Shown piece by piece: positions 12,101 through 25,359 of a DNA stretch of 64,000 nucleotides (within the stretch, counting starts at the first letter, position 1; the number at the start of each line of letters is the position of its first letter). A program made the position numbers and the translations under genes. Origin of the DNA: Mytilus californianus (Eukaryota). Below the pieces are notes generated by a model that did no database searches, was not told the DNA's origin, and was given only the letters and a program-made list of their open reading frames with translations. The DNA lies in NCBI RefSeq assembly GCF_021869535.1, contig NW_026262723.1:32054001-32118000 (forward strand), given 5' to 3'.

Positions 12101-15100
12101 AATTTCATTTTAATATAGCTCTGTAATTATACTATATATAGCTTGCAAATATAAATAAAAGATTAAAAAATTTCAAGGGATTTTTTTCATTATAACACAG
12201 ATGAAAATAGTAAACCATATAATAGTTTTATTTGCGGTGCCTTTTCAATTCATATACCATCAGTTTTAGGGTTCTCTTTTATTCTTATGCATGTTATATT
12301 GTCATAATTTAAATTTTTCAATTCGGTGGCGTCGTTGCTTTGTTGTTTGATCTTGATCTTGATTTTGAAAATTACACGGAGAAACATTCAAGGATATGAC
12401 TACACCACGCGGGAATAAGTCTGCTTTGGGTTCGACGATCTTTAAGGGATGGTAGTTGCAGCTGGTCTAAAAATTGCTGTCATACTTCCTTTGTCGTAAT
12501 TATAGTTTGATCATAACGTTATGAACGTTTGTGACGGAGCACAGCTGCACTACCAACAAATCGGTAAAAGAATTGTCCAAATCATATTCTTCTGCTGTGT
12601 TTGCATGCGTTACCACTGTAACTACAAATATTTCACACATGTCTTACGTTAAGAATGTATATCATACTAAATTTGGCAATAATATTGTAACAAACAGCGT
12701 TGTAAATGTTAGATCTAGATCGTTTTTTGATGTCAATTTCCTTGTCTGTATGAACTTACTTTCAAACGCACAACTGTTTCATAAATTTAGAGACGTACGC
12801 GCTTGCCTCCGTACTGGACGCGGGTTTTTAAAAAAAGTACTTGTTTCTGTTCGACCTTTCACAACACGCGGGTAATCCGACGAACGAATTAATAATTTGG
12901 CGGGCCTAAGGTAAAATAACATACATTTATATCAGTACTTAAGTTCACAATTTAATGTTGTAGGTTGTGTGCCTAAAACAATAAACTCACCAGGTATATT
13001 GGACATTCAAAATACCTTGCAAAGATGGTTTCGAAAGAGCAAGTATCCGTACAATGTGAAAAATATTTTTGAATGTCTGCTTGTTTGCACAAATCGACCT
13101 ATATACCAATATTTCATTTATGTTGTGAGTATATGATTTATAATAGTATATAATAAGCTAAATATTGAAACGCGTGTAATCACAATCTTGAATACACATA
13201 GTTTTTTTTTAATTTAATGGATAACAGCAACCTAGGCTATTATGATTAATGTAAGAAAAAATTTATAACTACGTTTTCACTTGATCTTTGTTCTTCAACG
13301 TCATTTAATTCCTTCTTGTATTTTGGATTTTCGATTTAAAATGTGCATATATAAAAAGAAACAATATACTTCAAAAGAAAAAATAATTCAGAAAATGCAA
13401 ACCTTTTTATTTACATCAATCCAAAACTGAAAATAAAAAAATTAGGACATTTTAGAATAGATCATTTCTATGATAATAAAATAGTATTGCTAATCAATTC
13501 ATTCCACATGGAAGTCAATTGAGACACTTATATTTTTTTAAATTGACCATTCCAGAGAAACGTCTGTCAATGTTTAAACCAATCAGTTAAGGTATCATGG
13601 CAGAATACAACAACTTGTATTGGATCGTGTAAAGGAACAGATATATTTTGCACATCTGGAAGCGGCTTGCCTCTGTTTAGATTACATGATAGTATGTTGT
13701 AATTAGTTGAAATAAGTTGTCTATTATTTCTGAACACACATTTAAAGTAGTCAGATATAATTTGGCACAGCTCTCCAATAGTCTAACATCTTTATTTTGT
13801 TTCTGTTGAAATATTAGACCTATTTATACTGGTAGTGTATCTGCGAGATTTCATCTGTCAATACTGTGCGGCATTGATTTGAAGAATGATACAGATAGTG
13901 TGACCGAGACAATTACCTACTGAAATACTTAGCAAAGACAAACTTACATCGAATTAAAAAACAGCTCATCTCTGTCTCCGTATAAACAGATGACTGTAGT
14001 TTTTTTAAATGTAATGTTATACTCACAAGACGTTTAGGCATGATCAATACAGGTCAACTCGTCGACTTTCGTGGTATTCTTGAAGTTCGAAAACCCCCGC
14101 AAACTTGTAATTATGTAAATGAAATTATATGTGCGCAAACTAATACTAAATTACTAAATCATTAATGTACGCAATGTTCTATTATTACGAAAATTTCGAC
14201 TGGAAAGGTGTCGCAAAAATAAAAACTCGCATTTTGGATTTTGTTTGCATCATTTCTTAAAATCAAAATGATTAATCTCGCATTTAGCGCATGTTTTCGC
14301 CATCGCAATTATAAATGCCTACACAAATATCTGTATTGACCGTAGTATTAACGCATATTTAAGGAAGAAAACCCGAATAAAAACATTCAACAAAAAGTGC
14401 CATTAACTGCCCGACAAAACACAGTCTTACACAATGATTATAGGTACAGACTATGACATACGAACAATACCTGCCAATGACTCTGAAATGTGATGAGAGG
14501 GGATCTAGGTTGATAAAAATTGCATTGTTCAGTAACAGTGTTTTGGAGAATCTACTCACATATCATAGTATTAATACAAAGTTGTCTCAATAACAACACT
14601 TAAGTTGGAATTTAAAAGGCAATTTGTAGTATTTAGATTAACTATATTTTAAGATTTTTGTCGAAAAGGGTCAAATTATAGTTTTTTCAACCATCTTGTT
14701 CCGTGGTTTTAAATTTCCGCCATTTACTTATGGAAGTATATTACTCATATCCCACACTAACCTTTTGTTGTATTGCATAGATATTGTATCACTTATATAT
14801 TAATTAGGTATGACAGCAGGTAATACATTCGACTCAAAAACAACTGTTTCAAGTGGTCATCAATGCTATTCTACGAGTGAACGACCCATTCGCAGCTGCA
14901 AAGAGAGGATGAAGTTTGTATGTAATACGTCAAGTCGTGAGTATTTTAAGAATCAGGGATCTGTTTATCGAAATTGTCCTAGGATTTGTCATAAGACATA
15001 TCTTAGGACATGATTCAGGATGGACTTAGGACTGTCCTAGGACATGTCTGAGCATGCATCTCGAAGTTCTCTTAGGATTATCTTACCTCGAATCTCCTAA

Positions 15101-18100
15101 CTGCTATCCTATGTGTTGGAGTATAAGTATATCATGTATACAGAAATACAATGAAACAGTTTACTATATAGTAAGATAATAATGCATAACAATTAACCAG
15201 TGAATATAAAAGTATTATTCATATAATGATGCAATGAAAATTATCAATAACAGTATTATATTGACTTAAAAAAACCCCTTATATTGTGATTGTACATTTA
15301 AACTTTAACTAAATACAAAGCATAAAATATAACTATGTTTTCTACAAAAAAATACCACTTTGAGTGTAAATATTTACAACGGTAGACATTGTCAATGAAC
15401 GACCACAGTTTCATACATGACCAAGTTCAAGGGCAAATATCGTGCATTTGTTTTCACATAAATACAATAAAAACAAGGAATTCTAACTGTACAGTTGCCG
15501 AAACAACAGGCTCTAGTGAAAGGCTAAATCTTTACTATTCAGTAACATTTCCAATGTTGCAACCAATGGTGCAAAAGAAGGGTTTGAGATACAAATTAAG
15601 TATCATAAAATATGTCCATCTTAAGACATCCAAATTGATGTCCATGACATTGGAAAATCGTAAATTTCGGCACATCATAAGATGGTCTTAGGAGATGTTA
15701 TCATCCTGAGACCGCTTCGATAACAGGCCCCAGGTTAATCCAAATATATTATCAAAGTGATGGGACTAAAATGCATCTTGACCTATTGAAATATAAAGTT
15801 TTCATTTCCCTTTGCCAATGTGATTTATTTCGATTAAAAGTCATAAAATAATACACGTTCTGGTAAATCTAAGCCATTTGGTCGCTGGTTGATAGCTCGT
15901 CTCATAAGCCATCAGTCCACATCACTTTATTTTTATATACTGATGTGCATTTGTGGATAGATATAATAGGAATGACGTTCTTGAAGTAGTGAGAAACTAT
16001 GTTTGAAAAAACTTTAAAGTATATTTATAACATATCTTGTTCTGTAGTTGCTATTATGATTTCATAATATGTATACCTGCAGGAAAATATATTTAAAGGG
16101 ACTAAAGGGCAATTTTACCAGCCTTATAAATAAGAAAAGACGGTTTTTGTATTGTTAAATAAAAAAGATAAGCAAAAGACCATAAAAGATATAAACATAA
16201 CAAAATCGAATGGATTTCAGTACACCCGAGTGTGATTCCGAAATAACATTCAAGAAGATTAATAGTATACAGCTATTGTCTGATTATGAGGGTAAAAGCA
16301 AGTTTGTTGTCCCTGAGATACCAACTATTGCTCGAGGCGAAGCCGAGGGCAATAGTTAGTATCAAAGGGACAACAAACTTGCTATTACACTCATAACCAG
16401 TCATTAAGTGTTTTATTTTACCGAACGACACAACTTTATAAAAAAAGACTACATACACCACTTGGAAAAAAAACCAAATAGTCACATAAACATGCACAAG
16501 ATGAACTATCAGGTTGTGTTTTTGCCCGTGTGGTATTTGTCAATATTTTATTTACTGTAATCAAGACCAGGAATTCTTCTGTAAACATTCCCGTGCATAT
16601 AATAAACGCTAGCTAAAATATATTACCGTTCACCAAAGCAATCCCAGATTATGAAGACGACGACAGAACAATACCATACATTTGTTATGTTTTAGTTCTT
16701 AAATATGTCACGTAGATTTCTTTTTCTTTTGTAATTGCTTCTGGTAAGTAATATATTAATTTGAAATTAACGACGACAGACACATACAGATTATACCGTT
16801 TACGATATTTCAGAGTTTAACGTTGCCATGCGCACAAATCCAAGCAGAATAGTCAATGACGTCATTGTTGTCCAATGAAAAATTAGTATAAAAAGTACGG
16901 GAAATATGTTTATAAAACTATTGACCGGGGTAATAGTCTGTGGAATGAAATAGCACAAATATTTCATTCTTTGTTATATAGAAAAAACCTACTGAGGTAT
17001 ATTAATTTCAAATATCATAATAGTCACACAAACACCGTACGATGTACAGATTGACATATCGTGTAGACACCTGTCTATTGTTGAAGAGTGTATGTTGACC
17101 AATATTTGTTTTTCTTCCTGTTATTGTGATGTTGTCTTAATGATGTATAGCTTGCATCTAATTTTATTTCTATTTTGACTAATCATGTCCTATACAGATA
17201 TGTTACACACATGTTTATTATGCGAACCTTACACTAACTTTCTTGTTTGAAGCTCGACTCCAATCTTAATTGACTAGGATTGTCCGTTTTCCTACCGAAA
17301 GAAAGTCGGTGGTTCTTTTCGAGCACCGGCTTCCTCCTCCAATAAAAACTGACTGCCACAAAATAGCAAAATAGTGCATAATGTGGCGTTAAACCCTAAT
17401 CAATCAATCAATCAATCTTGTTTCAAATATATATTTTGATTGTAGATAAAGGAGCAAATAGCACATGGTATGAATCAACACAAACATGCTTTGCACATGC
17501 CACTACTTTGATTCAACACAGTCAAAACCTTAATGGTGGCCTTCCCCCCGGGAATATGGCTTCAATATTTTAGGGATATGCAGTTAATACAGAAGTCGGA
17601 CGAAATCATTTCCTGTAATTTACTTTTATAATAAGACTGCCGTGATCAAATTATATTTTGTTCTGAATGTTCGTACTTTAGTATGTATTAGTTTTCAATG
17701 GTTGCAAAAAGCCTTAAATAGTTTGTTTAAATAAATACCTGAATTTGAGTATTCCTAATTCCTTATAACAAAATCACAGTTGCTATAGACTGATTTCGTT
17801 TAATATATCAATGTATTCTTACACTACATATACATGTACATAATCTGAAAAGCTAGTTTTATTATCAAAATTTAAGTACCCAGTCTTTTATTGTTTCTTA
17901 CTCTTGATGTCGAAAAGTATCGTTGGACCTAATTCACACTAAATTTAATATGTAGTGGTAAAATATCTTTGCGTATGTATTTAGAGAATGTATTTGCATT
18001 GTCATTTATATGGGCATTAAATAATAAAATATAAGTATAAACCAGTCACATATTTGTTTGTGTATTGTAATTCTATTCAAATGTACTTTTGTCATTGCAC

Positions 18101-21100
18101 AATGTCGTGTCTTCTTCAGGCACATGAGGTTTTTATGTGAAATCAACTCGGAAATAAAGTCAATAAATAATACAATGTATGACGACACGTTTCATATATC
18201 AGCATGTTAAGTGATCTGAATTAGCTTTTACTGAAAGACAGAATTCTTTACTACGGCATCATTTACTATAATAGGGTTTTATTTGTAATTCTATTGTTGT
18301 TCTTAGAAATCCTGGTGTATGTAGATTTGGTTCTGAACGTATTTGTAGTGTATACGTAATCATGACTTGTTATTACAATGATCGAATAAAAAAAAGATGT
18401 GCTTAAGTGCTTAAACACTTGTATTACAGACAGGTTGGTTTCTTCAGCTATATCGTGATATATAAATCCTTTGGGGACGTTGGTGTTTATGGTAGATGTT
18501 GATAGTTTATTCACTGTATGTCTAGACCGGGCCAATTTAGATCTTGTCATACTTTATAAACAATTATCTATTGTCGGAGACTATATATCAACTTTCACAT
18601 GCAGATTTTGTTGTGACGTCGTTTGTTTGTTGTATCCTCGATGTATACCTCATATGTCTTTTATTCATAGGAAACATTATTAATCTTTCTCTCTAAATTT
18701 GTTCTGCTAGTTGACGGGAGTAGGAGATGTTTGATAGCAAATCTGAGCCAAGAAGAAACAGTTCTATTTAAGATAGTGTATTGTTCTGAGATCTATGACA
18801 CACTCTGCACAATGGACAGCACAGATGGTAATATATGAATAATTCATTTCAGTAAGATTTTATAAGATATATGATTTATAAAAATTTAAGTCAGTTAAGA
18901 CTAATTGACGTCTGTACTACGCCACAGAATTTTCTGATATAAATTCTGCTACTAAAAATTCACCAGCAAATAAAATAAAAAATCAGCCATTTTGATAATT
19001 ATTGCAAATTCTAAAGCGTACTCAATTGACAAAAAATAACTTGACTAATTTCAGGGATATTTTTTGTCGCCAAAAAAAAAAAGAAGCAAATTGCCATAAT
19101 AAACATAATAAATGTACTACAGGTAAAATGTACTCATCAATTTAAATTATCAATAAACTTCCCTCCTTTCTAAATTAAACAATTGTTCGCACTATTTTTA
19201 TAATCCTTGAATTGTCCTAATTTTACGAATCAAATATTGAAAGTTACTGATCGAGTAAAATAAACCTACACATTTTTATCAGTTATAATATTGGGATAGC
19301 ATACAAATGTCTTTTATAAATTGTATTTCTGCATGTATGCATTTATTTTTTAACAAAAGCAAGCCCAATTTTCTGCATCTTTCCATCCTCCCCATTTCCG
19401 GTGCTATACATTTGAGATATTGCGCACAATCTAGTCTGCCTCAAAACCCTTTTTTACTAGTTCACACACATGCACGCGACACAACTCTGCACAAAATGTC
19501 TTGTCTCGATCGCTAGCTCTATCCCTTAACTACATGACAAAGCACGATATAATGTTTGCTGACTGAACAGAGTTGCGGTAACAAGGATACATATTTCTTA
19601 AACAATTATTTGTATACTATCTACATGTACGGATGGCATAAAATAAGAAAACTGCATATTATTTTGAAATGTTTTATGACTGTTATAAGGTCAAAAGTAG
19701 AACATTGTAGAACATAACATTTCTTCTTTATCGTTTTCTTCAAATGCAAATTTCGAAGGAGTAGCACCATTGTTTTTGTGTGTATAATTCAGAGGTTAAA
19801 AATGAAATGTTGAAGTCGATAATTTTTCACAAATCTCATTTAAGATAATGACTAAATACAGTTTTAAGAAAATAATCTTACACTTGTTTACTGTAATTTA
19901 GAACCTTTCAACCTAAATGGAAAGTAGGTCATTTGATAGTTGGTGGAATGAGAGATGAATTGAGTTTAGACTCTTGAATTTTTATAGCTTTTGAAAGACT
20001 GTTTTTTTTTTAAATAAAAAAATCCAATTTACCTAATTTGCATAAATTTAGCAGGAATACTACCAAATTCAACATATTATACTCTACTTTATCACCCAAG
20101 TTAAAATTTTACGTACACGAATAATAATCTTGTAGCATTTACAATAGGCATTCAGTCTGAAAGCATTATATTTAAATGCAATAAATTTGCATTATATATA
20201 GGCACAATTCTTATAGCGCTACACTAGGTAAATTCGTATAGCATTACACCATGAACAGTCTCGTTGCGATGTCAAATTTTTACATAATGAAATGCATAAA
20301 CTATGTGCCACGGTACATTAAACAAAAAACACTGATCTGTTCTATTTTGTTACAATTTGTATGTGATGTGGGTTCTAGTTTTGACCTTATTACAGCCATA
20401 CAAATTATCAAGATACTATACAGTTTTCGTATATTTACCAGCCGTTCAGCTGTATACCTAACAAATATGGTTCAAGAAATATTTTCCTTATTATTGCAAC
20501 TCTGTTCAGTAAGGAAACATTATGTGAGGGTCTGGATGGGGGGTCCTTCACTTCTGTATTCATTAGTTTGTTATGCCATTTTTCTCTATTCTTTATACTT
20601 TTCGCCCATTATTCTCTATTCTTTATATTTTAGCACCTCATTATTCTCTATTCTTTATTTTTTGGTCCATTTTCCTCTATTCTTTATATGTATTGCCCAT
20701 TATTTATCTATTCTGTAAACCCCCATCCACACCCTCTTATATCGTGGTTTGTCATGTAGTTAAAGAAGAAAACATCTAGAGAACGAGTCAGGACATTTCG
20801 TAAAATACAATTGTACAGTTGTGTTGCTTGCATGTGTGTTAACCAGTTCAAAAGGGTTTGGGTGTAGACTACTATGCCCACAATATATCGTATGTATAGC
20901 ACCGACAATTATGAGAATGTACAGATATAGAAGATGATGCTTACTTTTATGAATAAATAAAGTTTGTATGCGATCTTTATTATAACTGATTAAAATATGT
21001 ATGTTCATTATTCAGTCAAGTGTGTGTTAACCGGGACGAAGTCAAACACGATCATTAACATTTAATATTTGATTCCTTAAAAACAAGATATTACAAAAAT

Positions 21101-24100
21101 TACAAAAAAGGTGCGGACAATTGTTTAATTTATAAAAGATGGAAGCATAATCAATGATGCTTGCAATTGACTATTGAAAGCTGACAGTATCTCTCTTTGG
21201 CTTGCAGTACATTTTTTATGCAAATACGCAATATTTTGAGGAGGGGTATGAAATATCCTTGTAAATTATTCAGTGTAATTTCTTATCAATGGAAGATATG
21301 CTTAAGAATTTGCAATAATAATGTCTGATACACACTGACAATTTTCATATACACACTCACGCTTTTTATACGGTGTGGCGCAGCGATGTTATACAGATCG
21401 CGTTTTACACAAAGCATTAAAAGTTGTGGCGACTTTACTGGAGCCGAGTATTTTTAATTTTGTCGCTAAATATTCAACTTTTACAGAAAATAACTTGAAA
21501 ACTAATACCGTTGCTAAGGACTTTCTTTGTACAAATCGATGTGTAGTTCATTTTTGAATTGTATATCAATTTTATTTTAAACTCTGTGGACTTATTGATT
21601 AGCAAATCTTGATAATGTACAAGTTCTTGCCTATTTGCATGATTTTCCCTATTATATTTGTTACGTTTTTGGCTTATAATGCCGTTTATTTCAACAGCTT
21701 GTATCTCCAAATCTAAAATGATTACCCCCAATTTTCATCCTATTTTTCTGGTGAATTTTTACAAGCAGAATTCACATGTGAAATCTAAGAAAATAGTGTG
21801 GAGTACTTTATTCCAGACACTTGGCCTTAAGATAAACGACGAACCGAACGGGCAATAATCATCAAATTTGTATGGGTGAGTTGGAACGTTATCTGAATAT
21901 GATTGATGGATTTATTAACTAAAAGTAACGGAAAAAAGTGGTGTTTAAATTCAACAGGTATTCAAACATTGGTCACTAGAAAGTCCACATTTGCATTGAT
22001 GTTGTTCATTCGTATACCATGAGATGGCTTTTATTTCCTATCAATATTTAAACCGCAATTTTAAAACAAAATACAATTCCCATTAATGTCTATGCAACAT
22101 GCATTTTGCTACTTTTATTATCTGCGTGTTTGTAAGGAGAAAATAATTTTAAGGAATAAATACAATTATGTTTGTGCCTGTTCGTCCACACTCTTAATAA
22201 AGTACTAATTGGATAAAAATGTAATTTTCTTGATTGTAATTAATAATTTATATGTCTAACTGTATCGATATAAATACCAATGGACATGCTAGGAAGATAT
22301 GAATTCATGATCTATGCTAACATTTGTTGTTTGGTTGTGCTGATGTTTATATGTATATTTTTTATATTTATACATTTATAGCAATATCTACTCTAAAGGG
22401 AACTACATATCCAGTCACGGTCTATGAGAATGATTTTGACAAGACATCATCATCGATGATCAGTTATGCACAGACAGATAGCTCTGTTGAATATCAAAGT
22501 AAGATAACTAGTAAAATAATTTTTAATTTTGACTTTTCTAAATTTTCTCTACTGAACGCATTTTAGACGTAACTGCTTATTTCTAATTAAAGTTCAAGTA
22601 CAGTAGTTGAAGATTCGCGAATCACAGGTTGATTAACTATTATTTCATTTTGACGAAAAACTCCATAGTTTTGGTTGTACATTTAGAAATCTTATTATAT
22701 AATTTTTATTTTGCAAAACACATCTATATGGGTCAAGCAAAAACACAGAATATAACATAGTGTTATCAAACAGTCAAGAATTACAAGTATAAACCAAAAA
22801 CAAAAGACATAGTTATGATAATGTAACTTTTGATGGATATGAAATTCATTTTCGCAACTCTAAAGATTGCTTTATTATGTTAATAGCTACTGTCAAAAGT
22901 TCAGGTTCAGAATTTTAAAGTTCTGTAACATTGTAGCTTGAGAAAAAATTGATTATCTGTATAACCAGGTTCTATTTTATTGATTTTTTAAAATTACTGA
23001 TCTCTTAAAGTTGAGTTCAGTTTACAATTATGAAACAATGGTATTCATCATCAATATAAAATTATTTTATTACACAATTTACATAACCTTTAGTGTCTGG
23101 GTATATTTCCAAAATATCTTTTCATTTCAACTTTTAGATTATGGTCACTTACAAACGGGATATCACCTCGTAACTTGTTATTTATTTTACTCATAGAATT
23201 CTTAAATAAAGATGCGTTCCATGTAAACTTATTGGTCCATTGAATACAATTAACCTTGAAGGTTATCAACTTGAATATTTTAATATTACATAACTAAAGT
23301 TTTATTGCTATCAAGTTACTATCACTATGCTTATGTTACTATATCCATATAAATAAGAATATGCAGTATGAGTGCCAATGAGACAACTCTCCATCCAAGT
23401 CACAATGTATAAAAAGTTAACAATTATAGGTCAAAGTACGACCTTCAACACGGAGCCTTGGTTCACACCGAACAGCAAGCTATAAAGGGCCCAAAAATGA
23501 CAAGTGTACCAGTCTGTATTTGTATTTTGAAATTGCATAAGGTCATACTTTTTCAATACTGCTTCTGACGTCTTTTTGCTAAACAGAATGTGTACCGAAT
23601 GATATTTAGGCTTGAATAATATGGACTATTTAGTAATTCAGATGAGTTTCAGAACTAGATTTCATTCACTCTGAGCACTCTTGTATCGGTCCTTTGTGTC
23701 TTTGTCATTTTCTTAGTTGTTATCTGTGCTTAATAACCGATCTAATTAGTTCAGACTCTTTCGACTGACTTACACACATGTGTCACACAAAGGTCCAGCT
23801 TAAGGGAGTTTTGAGCAGTCACAAACATGTTTAGCCTCACCACATTATTGATGTGCCCAATCTAAGCCAGAAGCATAGAATTCAGTGGTTGTTCTTCATG
23901 GCTACTTGCCATAATTGTTTTTCCTTTCATGCTATTAGCTACAATAAGCAATTGGTATTTTCTTCTGAATTGCTTCAGATTTGTAATCGCATGGTCTTTA
24001 GCTTGATATACATGCAGTTTTGGTGTTTCGCATTGTTGAAGCTGACGACCTGTAGTAGTTTACATCCTTGTCCAGTTCATATTTAACCATCAAGGACGTC

Positions 24101-24501
24101 ACGAAATCTATCAAGTCCACCATATTATCATTTGAGATACATTGATACTAATATTTAATGATATAAAGGACTAAGACCTTCCTCTGACTACAAACATCAA
24201 TGAAACATATAATGAATGCAATACATATTTGTTTACGATAAAATAAGCATCATGTGACCTGTAACGTTTAAAAAACACGTTAACATGTGATCTGTCGTGA
24301 TTAAGTTCCGGGAACAGAATGTTGTTTGCAGTGTTTTATAAAATACATATTACCAACCTAACCCTTAAGGAAACAAAGGAAGTAATTAGTATGCCATAAA
24401 CCTACAAGAACAATTCTATTTTTTCAGATTTAACTGAAATTCATATAATAAATTTCTTCCTTCTTGGAGGACTTCTGCTCGTTTTGGTTGCAGTTTTTAT
24501 G
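6114..24501 (+). CDS. Type I membrane protein: signal peptide, C-type-lectin-like domain with inserted WSC-like domain, second degenerate CTL-like domain, S/T stalk, TM. One +1 frameshift in exon 6
   Basis: Exons 6114-6192, 9590-9751, 12964-13124, 13556-13691, 14808-14936, 17446-17614, 18711-18827, 22382-22498 and 24428-24501. All have AG/GT ends, and phases chain correctly once one base is removed from the C6 run at 17544-17549. Confidence 0.75.
6880..7175 (+). repeat. Abundant repeat family B (gtgcctgtcccaagtcagg...ttgtctca.tggca..ataccaca end)
   Basis: Homologous copies at about 8560-9100 (-), 10130-10235 (-), 23350-23510 (-), 24830-25200 (-), 54560-55045 (+) and 61790-62000 (-). Confidence 0.65.
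7225..7360 (+). mobile_element. Decayed retrozyme fragment with degenerate hammerhead
   Basis: ctggtga-gtt..gat-gaaa core in the same context as 52410-52620. Confidence 0.45.
9590..9751 (+). CDS. Exon 2, CTL-like N-half (NWQEANKTC...AWI...SDWGSFIG)
   Basis: tttcaag acceptor, G|gtaagg donor, W-x-E-A-x3-C motif. Confidence 0.8.
10398..10440 (-). ncRNA. Degenerate hammerhead-like motif of a second family
   Basis: Minus strand GTGTTC-CTGATGA-TGGGCGAGCAA-GAAA-AGCGCT-TC-AAAC. Intact core boxes and palindromic stem III, but weak stem II. Confidence 0.4.
12964..13124 (+). CDS. Exon 3, WSC-like N-half (GCVP...FECLLVC...YFIYV)
   Basis: ttgtag acceptor, gtgagt donor, phase 1 to 0, G-C start and C-x3-C. 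Confidence 0.75.
13556..13691 (+). CDS. Exon 4, WSC-like C-half (CQC...CIGSCKGTDIFC)
   Basis: ttccag acceptor, gtatgt donor, phase 0 to 1. Shows C-x-C and C-x3-C-x-G...C spacing. Confidence 0.8.
14808..14936 (+). CDS. Exon 5, CTL-like C-half (HQC...SCKERMKFVC)
   Basis: aattag acceptor, gtgagt donor, 129 nt, phase 1/1, C...C-x4-F-V-C ending. Confidence 0.75.
16281..16401. repeat. About 120-bp imperfect palindrome
   Basis: atgagggtaaaagcaagtttgttgtccct..aactattgc pairs with gcaatagtt..agggacaacaaacttgctattacactcat around gaggcgaagcc. Confidence 0.75.
17250..17417 (+). mobile_element. SINE (tRNA-type, V-domain-like core) with (TCAA)n tail
   Basis: gcaccggcttcctcc core and caatcaatcaatcaatc tail. 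Relatives at about 42060-42280 (with ggttcgaac B-box-like motif) and about 56540-56670. Confidence 0.55.
17446..17614 (+). CDS. Exon 6, second CTL-like N-half (TWYESTQTC...GIWLQYFR), frameshifted
   Basis: ttgtag acceptor and gtaatt donor. 169 nt (3n+1) lies between two phase-1 introns. The entry frame stops at TAG 17571-17573, while the shifted frame continues GIWLQYFRDMQLIQKSDEIIS. Confidence 0.7.
18711..18827 (+). CDS. Exon 7, second CTL-like C-half (RCLIA...YCSEIYDTLC)
   Basis: ctgctag acceptor, G|gtaata donor, 117 nt open, phase 1/1. Confidence 0.75.
18900..21830. repeat. Long diverged inverted repeat in intron 7 (arms about 18900-19540 and 20770-21830)
   Basis: Collinear matching blocks in reverse complement: aattctgc..aaaaattcaccag, attattgcaaattct, aaattaaacaattgt.cgcac, gaatcaaatatt, ggtgctatacat, cacacatgca. 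The right arm has an extra stretch at about 21330-21740. Confidence 0.8.
20526..20735. mobile_element. MITE with about 16-bp TIRs and internal ctctattctttat repeats
   Basis: gagggtctggatgggg ... ccccatccacaccctc. No clean TSD found. Confidence 0.6.
22382..22498 (+). CDS. Exon 8, Ser/Thr-rich stalk
   Basis: tttatag acceptor, A|gtaaga donor, 117 nt open, phase 1/1. Confidence 0.72.
24428..24501 (+). CDS. Exon 9, transmembrane helix (IINFFLLGGLLLVLVAVFM)
   Basis: ttttcag acceptor, gtaagt donor, uninterrupted hydrophobic run. Confidence 0.78.
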
Positions 24502-25359
24502 GTAAGTTTAAATTTTCTACGCAAACATATATCTGCCTCATAGCTTCTACAATAATGCATGTCAATTTACTCATGTAATTGAATATACTTATCGTATAAT
24601 GAATATAATAGTTACAAGTATTATTATAGAAACGACCGAAGACGCTTTTTCACATAGTCGGCGGTTTCGGCATCGAGTTATCGAACTTTTAATAGGAAAT
24701 GTTAAAAAGTTTTGTTATGTTCGTTGAATTGAATTTGAAGTCACAAATAAAAAAAAATGTGTTCATAACTCACTACAACTTAATATTCTTTTGCATCCTG
24801 AAACAAGTTCAATGATTTTTTTAGTAGATATGAAAATGAGGAGACGTGATATGAATGCCAATGAGACAGCTATACACAAGAGTTCAAATGAAGTGGTAGT
24901 AAGCAATTATAGGCCTTCAACAATGAGAAAAAAAAACTGTATAGTTGGCTATGAAAGAAAAAATGTGAAAAAATTCAAACGAGAAAAATAACGGCCTAAT
25001 TTATAAAAAAAAACCAATTTACGATCAACAAAAATGACAGACATGAACCAACGACGACAACTGCAAAAGAGGCCTGGGACAGGCACATAAAGATTGTGTT
25101 GGGGTTAAACATGTTTGTCAACCCTTCTCTAACCTGGGACATTGGTGTGACCGCCCAACATAAGAACAAACTGTAGAAATCATTTGCAAAATTTTAGCTT
25201 AACTCAAAATAATTAATAAATCATGTTCTCCCAGACATTTTCAAATTCAAATAAATGTGGTATTGCTTGGATGTCAATATATGTATCTTTGAAAGACAGC
25301 TGAAGTAGTCATGTGTATCTTAATAAACTTATCATAGATACCAGGACTGAAATTTTGTA

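Noticed and set aside
11137-12910. TIR pair taaggccacaccaaatt / aatttggcgggcctaa
   Set aside because: Match is short and imperfect, with no TSD or transposase remnant.
13818-13885. Extra Cys-containing exon after exon 4
   Set aside because: TGA in the required phase; exon 4 joins exon 5 without it.
18266-18550. HTH-like DIAEETNLSVIQVFKHL on the minus strand
   Set aside because: Short isolated resemblance with no supporting flanks.
20396-20508. Extra exon or 155-aa ORF in intron 7
   Set aside because: 113 nt breaks the phase between exons 7 and 8, and the ORF tail is low-complexity MITE sequence.
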